62,149 nucleotides of DNA, filler included, from Deltaproteobacteria bacterium (GCA_030698575.1; 11 parts of 11 records of this genome joined end to end with filler, not necessarily neighbours in it), one strand, 5' to 3'; shown: positions 18,177 through 28,148, counted from the first letter of the whole stretch. Numbers and translations: made by a program. The notes: generated by a model not told the origin, from the sequence alone.

Positions 18177-19169
18177 CTAATCCTCCGCTTCGGTCTTGAG
18201 CAGACGATCGAGCGGGCTGCGAACGCCGATTGGGCCGCGGTTTAGCACGTGAGTGTAAATCATCGTGGTGCTCACATCCCGGTGCCCGAGCAGCTCCTGC
18301 ACGGTCCGGATGTCGTGCCCATCCTCGAGCAGATGGGTAGCGAAGCTGTGCCTGAAAGTATGGCACGAAGCCGGCTTGGCGATACGCGCGCAGTGGATGG
18401 CCTTTTTGACCGCCCGCTGAATCACCGTTTCATGCAGATGGTGCCTTCGGTGCTGTCCGGAGCTTCCCTCCCAGTATTGCCGGGTCGCCGGAAACACCCA
18501 CTGCCAGCCCCACTCCCTCCCGGCGTTCGGATACTTGCGCCCAAGCGCATCGGGAACCTCCACCCAGCCCGCCCCGCGCGCGAGATCTTGCCTGTGACGC
18601 CGATAAACTTCCTCGAGCTGCCGCGCCAACCCTGCCCTTGCGGCCGCCGGCAGCACCGTGACGCGGTCGCGATTCCCCTTTCCTGCCCGAACCATGATCT
18701 GTCGGGCCGCGAGATCCACGTCCTTCACCCGCAGCCGCAGGCACTCGAGCAGCCGCAAACCCGACCCGTAGAGAAGAAGCACCACCAGCTTGTTCGGCCC
18801 GTTCAACCCCTCTAGCGCCGCGCGCACCTCCTCGCGCGTCAACACCACCGGCAGGCGCTTTGGCCGCTTCGCACGCACGATCTCGTCGATCGCGCCGACC
18901 TCCCGACCCAGAACTTCCCGATAGAGGAAGAGCAATGCGTTCAGCGCCTGGTTTTGGGTCGAGGCGCTCACCTGTTCCTTCACGGCGAGCGCCGACAGGT
19001 AGCTCCTGATCTCCGCCACACCCATCTCGGACGGATCACGGAATTGGTGGTACTTCAGGAAGCGGCGAATCCAGTGCAGGTAGGCCTTCTCGGTACGGCG
19101 ACTGTAATGCCGCAGCCGCATCGCTGCATGAAAGTGTGCCAGAAGCGCCGAAGGCGGATGACTGGGCAA
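18177..19169 (-). CDS. intI: integron integrase
   Basis: [57 protein letters not shown], plus the IntI-specific insertion ([22 protein letters not shown]...RRHHLHE). Confidence 0.97.
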   Translation of the reverse strand: MPSHPPSALLAHFHAAMRLRHYSRRTEKAYLHWIRRFLKYHQFRDPSEMGVAEIRSYLSALAVKEQVSASTQNQALNALLFLYREVLGREVGAIDEIVRAKRPKRLPVVLTREEVRAALEGLNGPNKLVVLLLYGSGLRLLECLRLRVKDVDLAARQIMVRAGKGNRDRVTVLPAAARAGLARQLEEVYRRHRQDLARGAGWVEVPDALGRKYPNAGREWGWQWVFPATRQYWEGSSGQHRRHHLHETVIQRAVKKAIHCARIAKPASCHTFRHSFATHLLEDGHDIRTVQELLGHRDVSTTMIYTHVLNRGPIGVRSPLDRLLKTEAED

Positions 19170-19240
19170 GGCAATGCCCTCCCAGGCCAGGGAGGGCCGG
19201 TCAATCAGGGCGGGATGTCAGACAGATGGACGATCGCTTC

Positions 19241-19726
19241 TCAGCGCGACGCCGGACGCCGAGTCAGGATGATTACGGGGATTTCGCGGTCGGTGAGCAA
19301 CTGATACTCGGCATAGGCGGGGTAGATTTCGACCAGGCGGGGCCAGAGGCGCGATTTCTCCGCGGCGTTAGCCTGGCGGGCAACCATGGCGATCTTCTCG
19401 CGGCCGACTTCCACGTCGACCTCGGGGTTCGCCGTGATGTTCAGGTACCAGAGGGGATGATGGGGCATGCCCGCCTTCGAGGCGGCCAGAACGATGGTGT
19501 CGCCGTCCTTGAGATACAGGAGCGGCGTGGTGCGCTTTTGACCCGACTTCCGGCCGACGGTCGTGAGCAGCAGCGCGTCGGCCTTGCCGCGCCCCAGAAG
19601 CCGGAACTTCTTGTTCCCGCCGGTCATCCGGTAGATCCACCGGTCGAGGCGGCCCAGAAACCGGGCGCCGAAATTGACGATGGCCTCGTCGCGGCCGGTG
19701 GCTTTCTTGACGGTCGGATTGGCCAT
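19241..19726 (-). CDS. deazaflavin (F420)-dependent nitroreductase family protein
   Basis: LLLTTVGRKSGQKRTTPL, ASKAG.P.HP.WY.N, YQ..TDREIP. Confidence 0.88.
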   Translation of the reverse strand: MANPTVKKATGRDEAIVNFGARFLGRLDRWIYRMTGGNKKFRLLGRGKADALLLTTVGRKSGQKRTTPLLYLKDGDTIVLAASKAGMPHHPLWYLNITANPEVDVEVGREKIAMVARQANAAEKSRLWPRLVEIYPAYAEYQLLTDREIPVIILTRRPASR

Positions 19727-19782
19727 GCGCGGTCCTTAGTTAAGTGGGACAGTCCCTCTTTTCGTCGCCTGTGGCCCAGCGG

Positions 19783-20913
19783 TCAGCCGCCGATCGTCAT
19801 GTCGGCGATGTGCCGGCGGTGCCAGGCAGCGTCGCCGAAGGCGAACTTGGACCACTGGGCGCGCTTGAAGAACAGGTGCACGTCGCACTCCCACGTGAAG
19901 CCGATGCCGCCGTGAAGTTGCACGGCGCGGGCGGCTGCGTTGGCGTAGGCCTCGGAGGCAAACGCCTTCGCCATGCGCGCTGTGCGCTCGGCGTTCTCGG
20001 GCTCGTGGTCGATGGCGGCGGCTGCATGGTAGACCAGGCTGCGAGTCATCTCGATGTCGACCATGACGTTCACCAGCGGATGCTTCACCGCCTGGAAGGC
20101 GCCGATCTGCTTTCCGAACTGCTCGCGCACCTTGGCGTAGTCGAGCGTTATCTGGAACACGCGCTCCATGCCGCCCGCCATCTCGGCGGCCAGCGCGGTC
20201 CAGACGCTTGGCATGATCTTCGCCAGAATGTCGCCGCCCCCGCCCGCCTTGCCGAGGCGGGCGCTTTCATCCGCCGCGACCCCCTTGAACGTCACCATGC
20301 CGCTCCGGCGTGTTTGATCGACGAGCACGTCGGCGGCCACCGAAAGTCCCTCGCTCCCCCGGTCGATGGCGAAGAGGCTCATCCCGTTTCCCTCGCGGAA
20401 GCTCGCGATGACAAGCTGGGCGCTTGAGGCGTCGGGCGCGAGCACCTTGACGCCGTCGAGCACAATGGCGCCGCCCTTCGCGGTGGCCGTCGCGGCCGGC
20501 TTCGTCAAGTCCCAGGCGCCCTCTTCCTCCGTGACGGCAAGCGTGGCCTTGAGATCGCCGCTCGCGATTGCGGGGAGCCACTTCGCCTGCTGCTCCGGGC
20601 TCCCACCCTCGCGAATGGCCAGCGTGGCCAGCACGGTTCCGAGGAACGGCGCCGGCAGCAGCGCGCGGCCCATCTCCTCCATGAGGGTCGCCAGGCTCAC
20701 CATCCCGAGCCCGCTCCCCCCATGATCCTCCGGCACCGCGAGGCCGAGCCAGCCCATCTCGCCGAAGTGCTTCCACATCGGCTCCTCGTAGCCCGCGTCG
20801 CTCTCCATGATCTTGCGAACCTTCTCGAGATTGCACTCGGCTTCGAGGTACTTGCGTGCCCCCTGCCGAAGAATCGCCTGGTCTTCGCCGTATCCGAAAT
20901 CGTCCGGAATCAT
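19783..20913 (-). CDS. acyl-CoA dehydrogenase family protein (short partner subunit type)
   Basis: REQFGKQIGAFQAVKH, QLHGGIGFTWECDVHLFFKRA. Confidence 0.9.
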   Translation of the reverse strand: MIPDDFGYGEDQAILRQGARKYLEAECNLEKVRKIMESDAGYEEPMWKHFGEMGWLGLAVPEDHGGSGLGMVSLATLMEEMGRALLPAPFLGTVLATLAIREGGSPEQQAKWLPAIASGDLKATLAVTEEEGAWDLTKPAATATAKGGAIVLDGVKVLAPDASSAQLVIASFREGNGMSLFAIDRGSEGLSVAADVLVDQTRRSGMVTFKGVAADESARLGKAGGGGDILAKIMPSVWTALAAEMAGGMERVFQITLDYAKVREQFGKQIGAFQAVKHPLVNVMVDIEMTRSLVYHAAAAIDHEPENAERTARMAKAFASEAYANAAARAVQLHGGIGFTWECDVHLFFKRAQWSKFAFGDAAWHRRHIADMTIGG

Positions 20914-20928
20914 TCACTTTCTCCGTTC

Positions 20929-20976
20929 AATAAGTGGGACAGTCCCTCTTAATTAAGAGGGACTGTCCCACTTATT
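20929..20976. repeat. 48-bp perfect palindrome (REP-like, GGGACAGTCCC core), with a half copy at 19741-19760
   Basis: AATAAGTGGGACAGTCCCTCTTAATTAAGAGGGACTGTCCCACTTATT; TAAGTGGGACAGTCCCTCTT recurs in the adjacent intergenic gap. Confidence 0.85.
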
Positions 20977-21073
20977 TGGACTTTGCCAGGCCGAGTAAGC
21001 GCTCGCAGATGATGTTGCGCTGGATCTCGCTCGTGCCGCCGCCAATGGTGAAGCCGATAGTGTTCATGTAGGC
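20972..21073 (-). CDS. acyl-CoA dehydrogenase, C-terminal fragment
   Basis: TIGGGTSEIQRNIICERLLGL C-terminal motif. Confidence 0.85.
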   Translation of the reverse strand, partial: AYMNTIGFTIGGGTSEIQRNIICERLLGLAKSK

Positions 21074-21173
21074 NNNNNNNNNNNNNNNNNNNNNNNNNNN
21101 NNNNNNNNNNNNNNNNNTTAATTAATTAANNNNNNNNNNNNNNNNNNNNNNNNNNNNNNNNNNNNNNNNNNNN

Positions 21174-21941
21174 AACGCCCTGGACGCCATGCCCGACGGC
21201 GGCAAGCTGACGGTCGCCACCTCGAATGAACGCATGGAGCCGGGGGCCGGGGGGAACGCTTCAGGGCTGCTTTCGGGCGACAAGGTGGTGGTGAGCGTGA
21301 CGGATACGGGGCCGGGCATGGCCGCGGATGTCGTGGATAAGATCTTCGAGCCCTTCTATACGACGAAGGCCCTCGGAAGGGGAACGGGTCTCGGCCTGGC
21401 CATCGTGGAAGGCATCGTCAGGCAGAGCGGCGGCCAGATCGACGTTCGGAGCGCTCCCGGCAGGGGCACGACCTTCAAGATCTATCTGGCCCGGTCGGAA
21501 CGGGCGCGGGACGCTCTCACGGGCAAGAATGATCAGCCGGAGATCTCGGGAGGGACGGAGACGATCCTGCTCGTCGAAGACGAGCCCGCTGTGCGGGAGC
21601 TGGCGGTGCGAACGCTCCGATCGCGCGGCTACAACGTGCTCGAGGCTCCGGACGGGAAGGCGGCGCTGGCGCTCGGCAAGAGGTTCACGACGGACATCCA
21701 TCTCCTTCTGACCGACATGAGCATGCCGGAGATGAACGGGCGGGAGCTTGCCGATCGGCTGGTCGCGCTCCGGCCCGGGACGAAAGTGGCCTACATGTCG
21801 GGGTACATGGACAACGAGATCCTGGAGCAGGAACGGTCGCTTCGCGGCCGGTCCTTTCTGCAGAAGCCCTTCATGTCGAACGCGCTGCTCGAAGCCGTCC
21901 GCGAGGCGCTCGATTCGCCGGAGACGGTCGCCGGGGAGTGA
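21174..21941 (+). CDS. hybrid sensor histidine kinase, C-terminal HATPase + receiver (5' truncated)
   Basis: DAMPDGG, DTGPGM, FEPFYTTK, GTGLGL; receiver ILLVEDE...LLTDMSMP...FLQKPF. Confidence 0.92.
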   Translation, partial: NALDAMPDGGKLTVATSNERMEPGAGGNASGLLSGDKVVVSVTDTGPGMAADVVDKIFEPFYTTKALGRGTGLGLAIVEGIVRQSGGQIDVRSAPGRGTTFKIYLARSERARDALTGKNDQPEISGGTETILLVEDEPAVRELAVRTLRSRGYNVLEAPDGKAALALGKRFTTDIHLLLTDMSMPEMNGRELADRLVALRPGTKVAYMSGYMDNEILEQERSLRGRSFLQKPFMSNALLEAVREALDSPETVAGE

Positions 21942-21994
21942 GAGGGGGAGGTATCCGCCGCCACTCCCGTTCCGCTTCCTGATCCTCCGCCAAT

Positions 21995-22810
21995 CTAGAA
22001 GTGAACACGCGCCCGCAGGCGGGCCAGACCGAGCGCGCCGCGGGCGGCGCGGCGCCCCGCCGCGTCGTCGCCGAAGTAGGCGTCGCAGAAGGCCTCGACG
22101 TCTCCATCGTCAATGTGAAGCCCCCCGCGCCGGTGCTTTTGCACGCTGCGGTAAAGGCGCGCGAGGTTCCTGATGCGCGCGCGCATCGGGAGTGGTCCCT
22201 CCAGGCGCTGCGCCCGGTCGAGATCGATCACCCAGGCCACCGAGCCGGGCTCCCCGCCGCCTTCTCCCACGAGCAGGTTCTTCAGATGCAGGTCGGCGTG
22301 GCTGACGCCCGCGTCATGCAGAGAGCGGATTGCGAAGGCGGAGGAACGGACGGCGGCGTGCCGCTTGGGCTCGGAGATCGGGCGCGCGAAGAGATTGAGA
22401 AGATCCCTCGCTTCGCCAATCTCGATCGTCGCAAGAAAACCGCGCACGGCCAGCGTGCCAGCGCTCCAGCCGACGGCGATCGCGCGCGGGGTGGGCACGC
22501 CCGCGGCCCAGGCCGCGCGGGCCACCTCGAATTCGCGCAGAAAGCGGCTATGGCCCAGAAAACAATCGCGGGTGAGCCGGGCGAACAATCCGCCATGATG
22601 ATAGCGGCGCAGGATGACGGCCGTGCCGCCCGGAAGAACGATCCGCCCGTGCCGTACCCGGCCCCGCGGCCCCGTGCCGGCCGACGCGCCGCCCTGCAGG
22701 GCCTCCACGAGGCCGGCCTTTATGAGGCTCTCGCAGAGCGCCTCTTCGGCCCTCATGACCCACGCGCCGGCGCGGACCTCGCGGACGGCGGCGAGGGACA
22801 GCTCAGTCAC
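21995..22810 (-). CDS. lipopolysaccharide/Kdo kinase family protein (KdkA/WaaP-like)
   Basis: RRYHHGGL, HADLHLKNLL, WVIDLD, NLARLYRS. Confidence 0.8.
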   Translation of the reverse strand: MTELSLAAVREVRAGAWVMRAEEALCESLIKAGLVEALQGGASAGTGPRGRVRHGRIVLPGGTAVILRRYHHGGLFARLTRDCFLGHSRFLREFEVARAAWAAGVPTPRAIAVGWSAGTLAVRGFLATIEIGEARDLLNLFARPISEPKRHAAVRSSAFAIRSLHDAGVSHADLHLKNLLVGEGGGEPGSVAWVIDLDRAQRLEGPLPMRARIRNLARLYRSVQKHRRGGLHIDDGDVEAFCDAYFGDDAAGRRAARGALGLARLRARVHF

Positions 22811-23984
22811 GCTCGAACACCTTCAAACGGAAGAGCGATTGGAGAAGGGGGATGGCGGCGGGGCGCTCGCGCGCCGCGCGCACGAGGAGCATGATTCCGA
22901 GGCCGCCCAACAGGAGATTGGGCGACCAGACTGCGAGGATGGGAGGAAGCCCGCCCTTCTTGCCGACGACCTCGGCCACGGTCATGAGGGCGAAGTAGCT
23001 CAGGAAGACGAGAAGGGAGAGCACGAAGCCCCGGAAGCGGCTCGACTTCGGCGGCTGGATTCCCAGCGGCACGGCCAGCAGGCCGAAGACGACGCAGGCG
23101 AAGGGCAGGGCGAACTTCTGGTAGTAATGCACCTTCACGCGCCGTAAGTCGGTCAGGCCCCGCGCGTCGAGCACGGTCCGCTGGTTGAGGCGCCAGATGA
23201 GATCCTTCAGCTCACCGACGTTCATGTCCTTTATCTTGGCGGGCTTGGCGCCGAGCGGCTCCAGGTAGTCGGACAGATCGACCGTGATGTTCGATGATTC
23301 GAAGGTCGCCTCCTGATAGGTTTGGAAATCCTCCGACAGGAGATGGAACGAACCGTCCGCGAGCTTGAGCGAGATCTTCAGCGACTCTGGGTCGTCCACG
23401 ATCTCGCCGCTGCTGGCGAAAACCGTGAGCGGCCGCTTGGCCTCCTTCTCGTCGAACACGAGAATACCCCGCAGCTCCGAGCTCCCGGTCGGCTTCTCGT
23501 TCACGTAGAGAATGAGCCCGCTGTAGTCGGTGAAGACCCGCTCGGAGATCCCCATCGTGAACTTGGCCGAGAGATCGTAGACGAGCCTGCGCATGGCGTC
23601 GCGGGACCAGGGCTCCACTTTGATGACGATCATAGTGGTGGTCAGGTAGGCGGCGATGGCGATCAGGGCGACGGGCCAGAGTATCTGGTAGAGGCTGACC
23701 CCGGAAGCCTTGAGCGCGAGAACCTCGCCGTCCGCCGAGAGCCTTCCGAGGCCGATGAGGATCGCGACGAGCAGCGCCATGGGGATCGAGAAGGAGACGA
23801 AGGGCGGTAGGATGTAGTAGCAGAGCCGCAGGAAGTCCCACAGGCCCACGCCCGCTCCCAGCGAACTCTCCATGATGCGAAGGATGTTCTGGACGACGAG
23901 AACGAAGGTCACGACCACGATGCCGAGGAAAAAGAAGACGAGGATCTCCTTGGCCAGATACAGATTGAGCGTTTTTCGTATCAT
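22803..23984 (-). CDS. lptF: LPS export ABC transporter permease (LptF/LptG family)
   Basis: YLAKEI N-terminus, GRLSADGEVLALKASGVS, KFALPFAC, WSPN; 3+3 TM helices. Confidence 0.85.
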   Translation of the reverse strand: MIRKTLNLYLAKEILVFFFLGIVVVTFVLVVQNILRIMESSLGAGVGLWDFLRLCYYILPPFVSFSIPMALLVAILIGLGRLSADGEVLALKASGVSLYQILWPVALIAIAAYLTTTMIVIKVEPWSRDAMRRLVYDLSAKFTMGISERVFTDYSGLILYVNEKPTGSSELRGILVFDEKEAKRPLTVFASSGEIVDDPESLKISLKLADGSFHLLSEDFQTYQEATFESSNITVDLSDYLEPLGAKPAKIKDMNVGELKDLIWRLNQRTVLDARGLTDLRRVKVHYYQKFALPFACVVFGLLAVPLGIQPPKSSRFRGFVLSLLVFLSYFALMTVAEVVGKKGGLPPILAVWSPNLLLGGLGIMLLVRAARERPAAIPLLQSLFRLKVFERD

Positions 23985-24046
23985 CGCGGATCGCCGTGGG
24001 TGGGAGCGTGAGCTATATCACGGGAATTCGTGCAAGGGCAACGCGC

Positions 24047-25411
24047 TCAACTGCGGGGGCGCGTGTCGGTATCGGCCTGGCCGGTGGCGCGGGCTTCTTC
24101 GTCGCCGGATCCGGGCGGTTCGATCTTCACCCGGTGGATGCGTTTGCCGTCCATGTCGACGACCGTGAGCCTGTGACCCGACTCCTGGATAACCTCTCCC
24201 CCGCGCGGCAGCCGCTCGAGCCGGCTCAGAAGAAAGCCCGCGAGGGTTTCGTACTCAGGTGATTCCGGAAAGGGGAGGTTGTAGGCGTCCTTCAGATCCC
24301 CCAGGTTGAGCGAGGCGTCGACGAGAAGCGCCCCCCCGGGCAACCGCTCGACGGGTTTCTCTTCCAGATCGTACTCGTCCTGGATCTCCCCGACGATCTC
24401 CTCGAGCAGATCCTCCATCGTAACCACACCCTCTACGTTGCCGTACTCGTTGACCACCATGCTCATTCCGAGCCGCCTTCGCTGCATTTCCTTCAGGAGC
24501 TGGCTCACCTTCTTGTTCTCCGGCACGAAGTGAACCGGATGGAGCAGATCCTTGATCACGATCGGCTCGTTGCGGGCCAGGCATTCGAGGAGATCCTTGT
24601 TGTAGAGAACGCCCTGCGTGTCGTCGATCGAGCGGCTGTAGACCGGGTAGCGCGAATAGCCGCTCTGCACGACGAAGCTCAGTATCTCCTCCTGCGGGGC
24701 ATCGACCCTGATGGCGTGAATCTTGGGGCGAGGCACCATCACCTCGCGGACGAGCTTTTCGCTGAACTCATAGACGCCGTGAATCAGCTCGTGCTCCGGC
24801 GGCTCGAAGATCCCACGCTCCTTCCCCTCGCGGAGGAGAAAGTTGATCTCCTCGGGCGAAACGAAGGCCCCCTGCGTTCCGACCCCGAAGGCGCGCACGA
24901 GAAGCTTCGTGCTGGCTGTGAGCAGGCTGACGATCGGCTGGGCAATCCGCGCCACCGTCGTAATCGGCCCGACGCAGAGCAGCGCCAGCGGCTCGGCGAA
25001 GCGGTAGCCGATGGCCTTCGGAATGAGCTGGCCGAAGGTAAGGACGAGGTAGGCGAACACGATCAGGGCGAGGAGAACGCTGACGCGGGCCACATCGGCG
25101 CTGAGCCCCGTGGCCCCAATGTCGTCCAGGAGGGGGCCGAGCGTGGGGGGAAGATGGGCCAGAGCCAGCACGCCGGCTCCGCCGGCCGCCAGCACCTGGA
25201 GGATCGTGACGCCGACCTGCGTCGTGGCAAACAGCCGCTCCGGCTTGTCGTGGAGCTTCATTACAGCCCGGGCGCGATCGTCCCCTTCCTCGACCAGTTC
25301 GCGAATTCTTCCCCTTCGCACGGAAATAAGGGCGGTCTCGGCCATGGAAAGGATGCCGGCCAGGAAAATGAGCAGGACTATCAGGAGAGCGCTAGGTACG
25401 AAGCTGTCCAT
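24047..25411 (-). CDS. CNNM/hemolysin-family (HlyC/CorC) membrane protein with CBS pair
   Basis: AETALIS, GQLIPK, VREVMVPR, YSRYPV, VNEYG...VTMEDLLEEIVGEIQDEYD. Confidence 0.92.
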   Translation of the reverse strand: MDSFVPSALLIVLLIFLAGILSMAETALISVRRGRIRELVEEGDDRARAVMKLHDKPERLFATTQVGVTILQVLAAGGAGVLALAHLPPTLGPLLDDIGATGLSADVARVSVLLALIVFAYLVLTFGQLIPKAIGYRFAEPLALLCVGPITTVARIAQPIVSLLTASTKLLVRAFGVGTQGAFVSPEEINFLLREGKERGIFEPPEHELIHGVYEFSEKLVREVMVPRPKIHAIRVDAPQEEILSFVVQSGYSRYPVYSRSIDDTQGVLYNKDLLECLARNEPIVIKDLLHPVHFVPENKKVSQLLKEMQRRRLGMSMVVNEYGNVEGVVTMEDLLEEIVGEIQDEYDLEEKPVERLPGGALLVDASLNLGDLKDAYNLPFPESPEYETLAGFLLSRLERLPRGGEVIQESGHRLTVVDMDGKRIHRVKIEPPGSGDEEARATGQADTDTRPRS

Positions 25412-25568
25412 CGACGGACGGGCACCTCGGAAGCAGGAAGACGGGGCCCATGGGGCCCCATAAGTTCGCGTCATTATAGGGCATAGGCCCTCCCGGCGCA
25501 CAAGTTTCTCGGAAAGCGGGCGGCCCCTTCGAGGCCCGCTCCGGAAGACCCGCGGAGGCCAAAATCAG

Positions 25569-25596
25569 TTGACTTTTCAAGGGAATCTGATAGCTT
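25569..25596 (+). promoter_or_regulatory. candidate sigma70 promoter for heptosyltransferase operon
   Basis: TTGACT, 16 bp, then TAGCTT with a TG extension. Confidence 0.4.
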
Positions 25597-25735
25597 GGCG
25601 GCGCCTCACGGGGCCCGGCCGGGGGCTGTCTTCATGGTCCCGGTCGGGAGGCGGTCTCCCGGCCCGCGACCCCGTCCCTCCCCCTCCGGGAAACCCCGAA
25701 TGTCCGAGCGCAGCATGCCAGGCCGAAGCCGTCAT

Positions 25736-26926
25736 ATGGCTCTTCGCGCGCCTGAGCGCGTCCTCGTCATCCGGCTTTCGGCCATCGGCGACGTCGTCCG
25801 CACCCTTCCCGCAGTCATAGCCCTTCGCCGAGCCCTTCCGGACGCCCATCTCGCGTGGCTCGTCGAGGAGGGCGCCGCCGAGGCGCTGGCGGGGCATCCC
25901 GACATCGACACCCTGTGGATTATTCCCCGGCGGCGCTGGCGCGACGGCCTTCGATCGTGGCGAACGGCGCCGGCCACGCTCCGCGACATGATCGCCTTCG
26001 CCCGCAGGCTCCGCGCCGCGAGGTTCGACTGGGTGGTGGATTTCCACGGCATCCTGAAGAGCGGCCTCTGGGCAATGGCCACCGGGGCGCCGCTCCGGGC
26101 CGGCTACGAGGCCGGCGGCAACCGGGGGTGGGGGAGCCGTGAGGGAAACCGGTTGTTCACGAACCGGCGCGCTGCCGTTCCGATGCGCCGCATCTCGCGC
26201 TTCGACCGCAACGCCATACTGGCGCGCTTCGTCTGGACGGAGCTGCTCGGCCGGGATGCCTCCACCTGCCCGGTGGCTCCCGGCGGCAGCCTCCTGCCTG
26301 TTGCGTCTTCCGTGCAAGCGGAGATCGACCGGTGGCTCGAGGCGACCGCGCCGGAGGCTTCGGGCGGCGATCCGCCGTCCGGCGGCTACGTGGCGGTTCA
26401 CCCTGGAAGCTCGGAGAGCACGGCCTACAAGCGCTGGTTTCCGGAGCGCTACGGGGATGTGGCCGACGCGCTCATCGAGCGCGGTTTCCGCGTGATCTTC
26501 ACCTGGGGGCCGGGCGAGAAAGCGTCCGTGGAATCCATCGTCAGCGCGATGATGCACCCGGCGCTCATCGCCCCCGAGACACCCAGCCTGCAGCATCTGG
26601 GGGCGATCTTCCGCCGCTGCCGCTTGCTCATCGGGAACGACACCGGACCGATGCACATCGCGGCCCTTTCGGGAACACCCGTCGTCGCCGTGTTCGGCCC
26701 CACCGACGCCATCGAGAATGCGCCCTACGCCGGTGTTCCATCGATCGTGGTCCGGAAAGACGTCGGGTGCCGCTGTCCCAAGCGCCGGTGCCTCACGCGG
26801 GCCTGCTTCGAAGCCGTCGATGCGAAGGACGTCCTTGACGCGGCACTCGGCATTCTGGGCGAGCCGTCCGGCGCCGGCCTGTGCAGCGCCTCCCGGGCTG
26901 CGGGGGAGCGGCGAACCCATGAATGA
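25736..26926 (+). CDS. glycosyltransferase family 9 (LPS heptosyltransferase)
   Basis: RLSAIGDVV, HPGSS...KRW, GNDTGPMHIAA, FGPT. Confidence 0.9.
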   Translation: MALRAPERVLVIRLSAIGDVVRTLPAVIALRRALPDAHLAWLVEEGAAEALAGHPDIDTLWIIPRRRWRDGLRSWRTAPATLRDMIAFARRLRAARFDWVVDFHGILKSGLWAMATGAPLRAGYEAGGNRGWGSREGNRLFTNRRAAVPMRRISRFDRNAILARFVWTELLGRDASTCPVAPGGSLLPVASSVQAEIDRWLEATAPEASGGDPPSGGYVAVHPGSSESTAYKRWFPERYGDVADALIERGFRVIFTWGPGEKASVESIVSAMMHPALIAPETPSLQHLGAIFRRCRLLIGNDTGPMHIAALSGTPVVAVFGPTDAIENAPYAGVPSIVVRKDVGCRCPKRRCLTRACFEAVDAKDVLDAALGILGEPSGAGLCSASRAAGERRTHE

Positions 26927-27989
26927 GAGCCAGGGGGAGCTGCTCTCCGCCCCGTCGCGCATCGTCGTCCGTTGCCCCAATTGGGTGGGCGATCTGGTGA
27001 TGGCGGTCCCGGCCCTGCGCGCGCTGCGCGAGGGGTTTCCGGGCGCCGAGATCGCACTGCTCCTGAAGCCGCACCTCGCGGAGCTCATGGCGGGGTCGCC
27101 CTGGCACGACCGCGTGATACCCCTGGAGATCTATGGCGCGAACCGCCGCCGGGGGCGCCTCGGGCGCGCTGCCCGGGAATTGCGGGCGGAGCGTTTCAAT
27201 CTCGCGGTGGTGCTCGCGAACTCCTTCAGCGCCGCGTGGATCCTGTGGCGCGCGGGCGTGCCGCGGCGGGCGGGATACGCGCGTAACGGCCGAAGCCTGC
27301 TGCTGACCGACCGCCTTCCGCCTCCCCGCGAGGGCGGGGTGATCGCGCCGGCGCCGATGCAGCGCTACTACCTTGATCTGGTCGCGCGTTTGGGATGCCC
27401 TTCCCGGGGGACGGAACTGTCGCTTTTCGTGACGGCCGGGGAGAACAAAGAGATCACGGAGCGCCTCGCCGGGGCGGGTTTCGCTGAAACGCGGCCGCTC
27501 GTGGCGGTGGCGCCGGGAGCGTCCTTCGGCGCCTCGAAGCAGTATCCGCCCGAGCGCTTTGCGGCGGCGGCTGACGCCGTTATCGAAAAGCACGGCGGCG
27601 CCGCCATTCTGCTGCCGGGTCCGGGCGAGGAGCAGGAGGCCCGCGCCGTGGCCGGGGCGATGCGTTGCAGGGCGGCCGTCATCTGGCCCCCCGTGACGCT
27701 CGGGCCTTTCAAGGCGGCGCTCGCGCGAAGCGCGCTGCTGCTCACAAACGATTCGGGGGCGCGGCACGTCGCCGAGGCGCTCGGGGTTCCCCACGTGGTC
27801 ATGATGGGCCCCACGGATCGCCGCTACAGCGCCATGAGCGAGCGCCACGCGATCGTCCTCCGGCGAGACGTTCCCTGCGGGCCCTGCCACCTCAAGATCT
27901 GCCCGCTGGATCACCGTTGCATGACGGGCATCGGGCCCGAAGAGGTCGCGGCGGCGGCCGAAACCGCCCTCGCGCGGGAGCGCGCCTGA
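26919..27989 (+). CDS. waaF: LPS heptosyltransferase II
   Basis: PNWVGDLVM, PGASFGASKQYP, TNDSGARH, CGPC...CPLDHRCM. Confidence 0.85.
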   Translation: MNESQGELLSAPSRIVVRCPNWVGDLVMAVPALRALREGFPGAEIALLLKPHLAELMAGSPWHDRVIPLEIYGANRRRGRLGRAARELRAERFNLAVVLANSFSAAWILWRAGVPRRAGYARNGRSLLLTDRLPPPREGGVIAPAPMQRYYLDLVARLGCPSRGTELSLFVTAGENKEITERLAGAGFAETRPLVAVAPGASFGASKQYPPERFAAAADAVIEKHGGAAILLPGPGEEQEARAVAGAMRCRAAVIWPPVTLGPFKAALARSALLLTNDSGARHVAEALGVPHVVMMGPTDRRYSAMSERHAIVLRRDVPCGPCHLKICPLDHRCMTGIGPEEVAAAAETALARERA

Positions 27990-28148
27990 TGGGAAGGCGA
28001 GCGCGCCAGTACAAGAAGATCGTGGAGGCGTTCCCGCGGGTCAGGATCGCCGTGCTCGGGGACTTCACGGCCGACGTGTACGTCTACGGAACTCCCTACC
28101 ACGTTTCGCGTGAGGCCCCTGTGCTCGTCGCCCGGCACGAGCGCGAGG
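27989..28148 (+). CDS. ADP-heptose synthase kinase domain (RfaE/HldE-like), N-terminal fragment
   Basis: IAVLGDFTADVYVYG...VSREAPV. Confidence 0.75.

Noticed and set aside
20949-20956. TTAATTAA at the palindrome centre as a leftover contig linker
   Set aside because: No flanking Ns, only 8 bp, and the genes on both sides form a coherent operon, so it is treated as genuine sequence.
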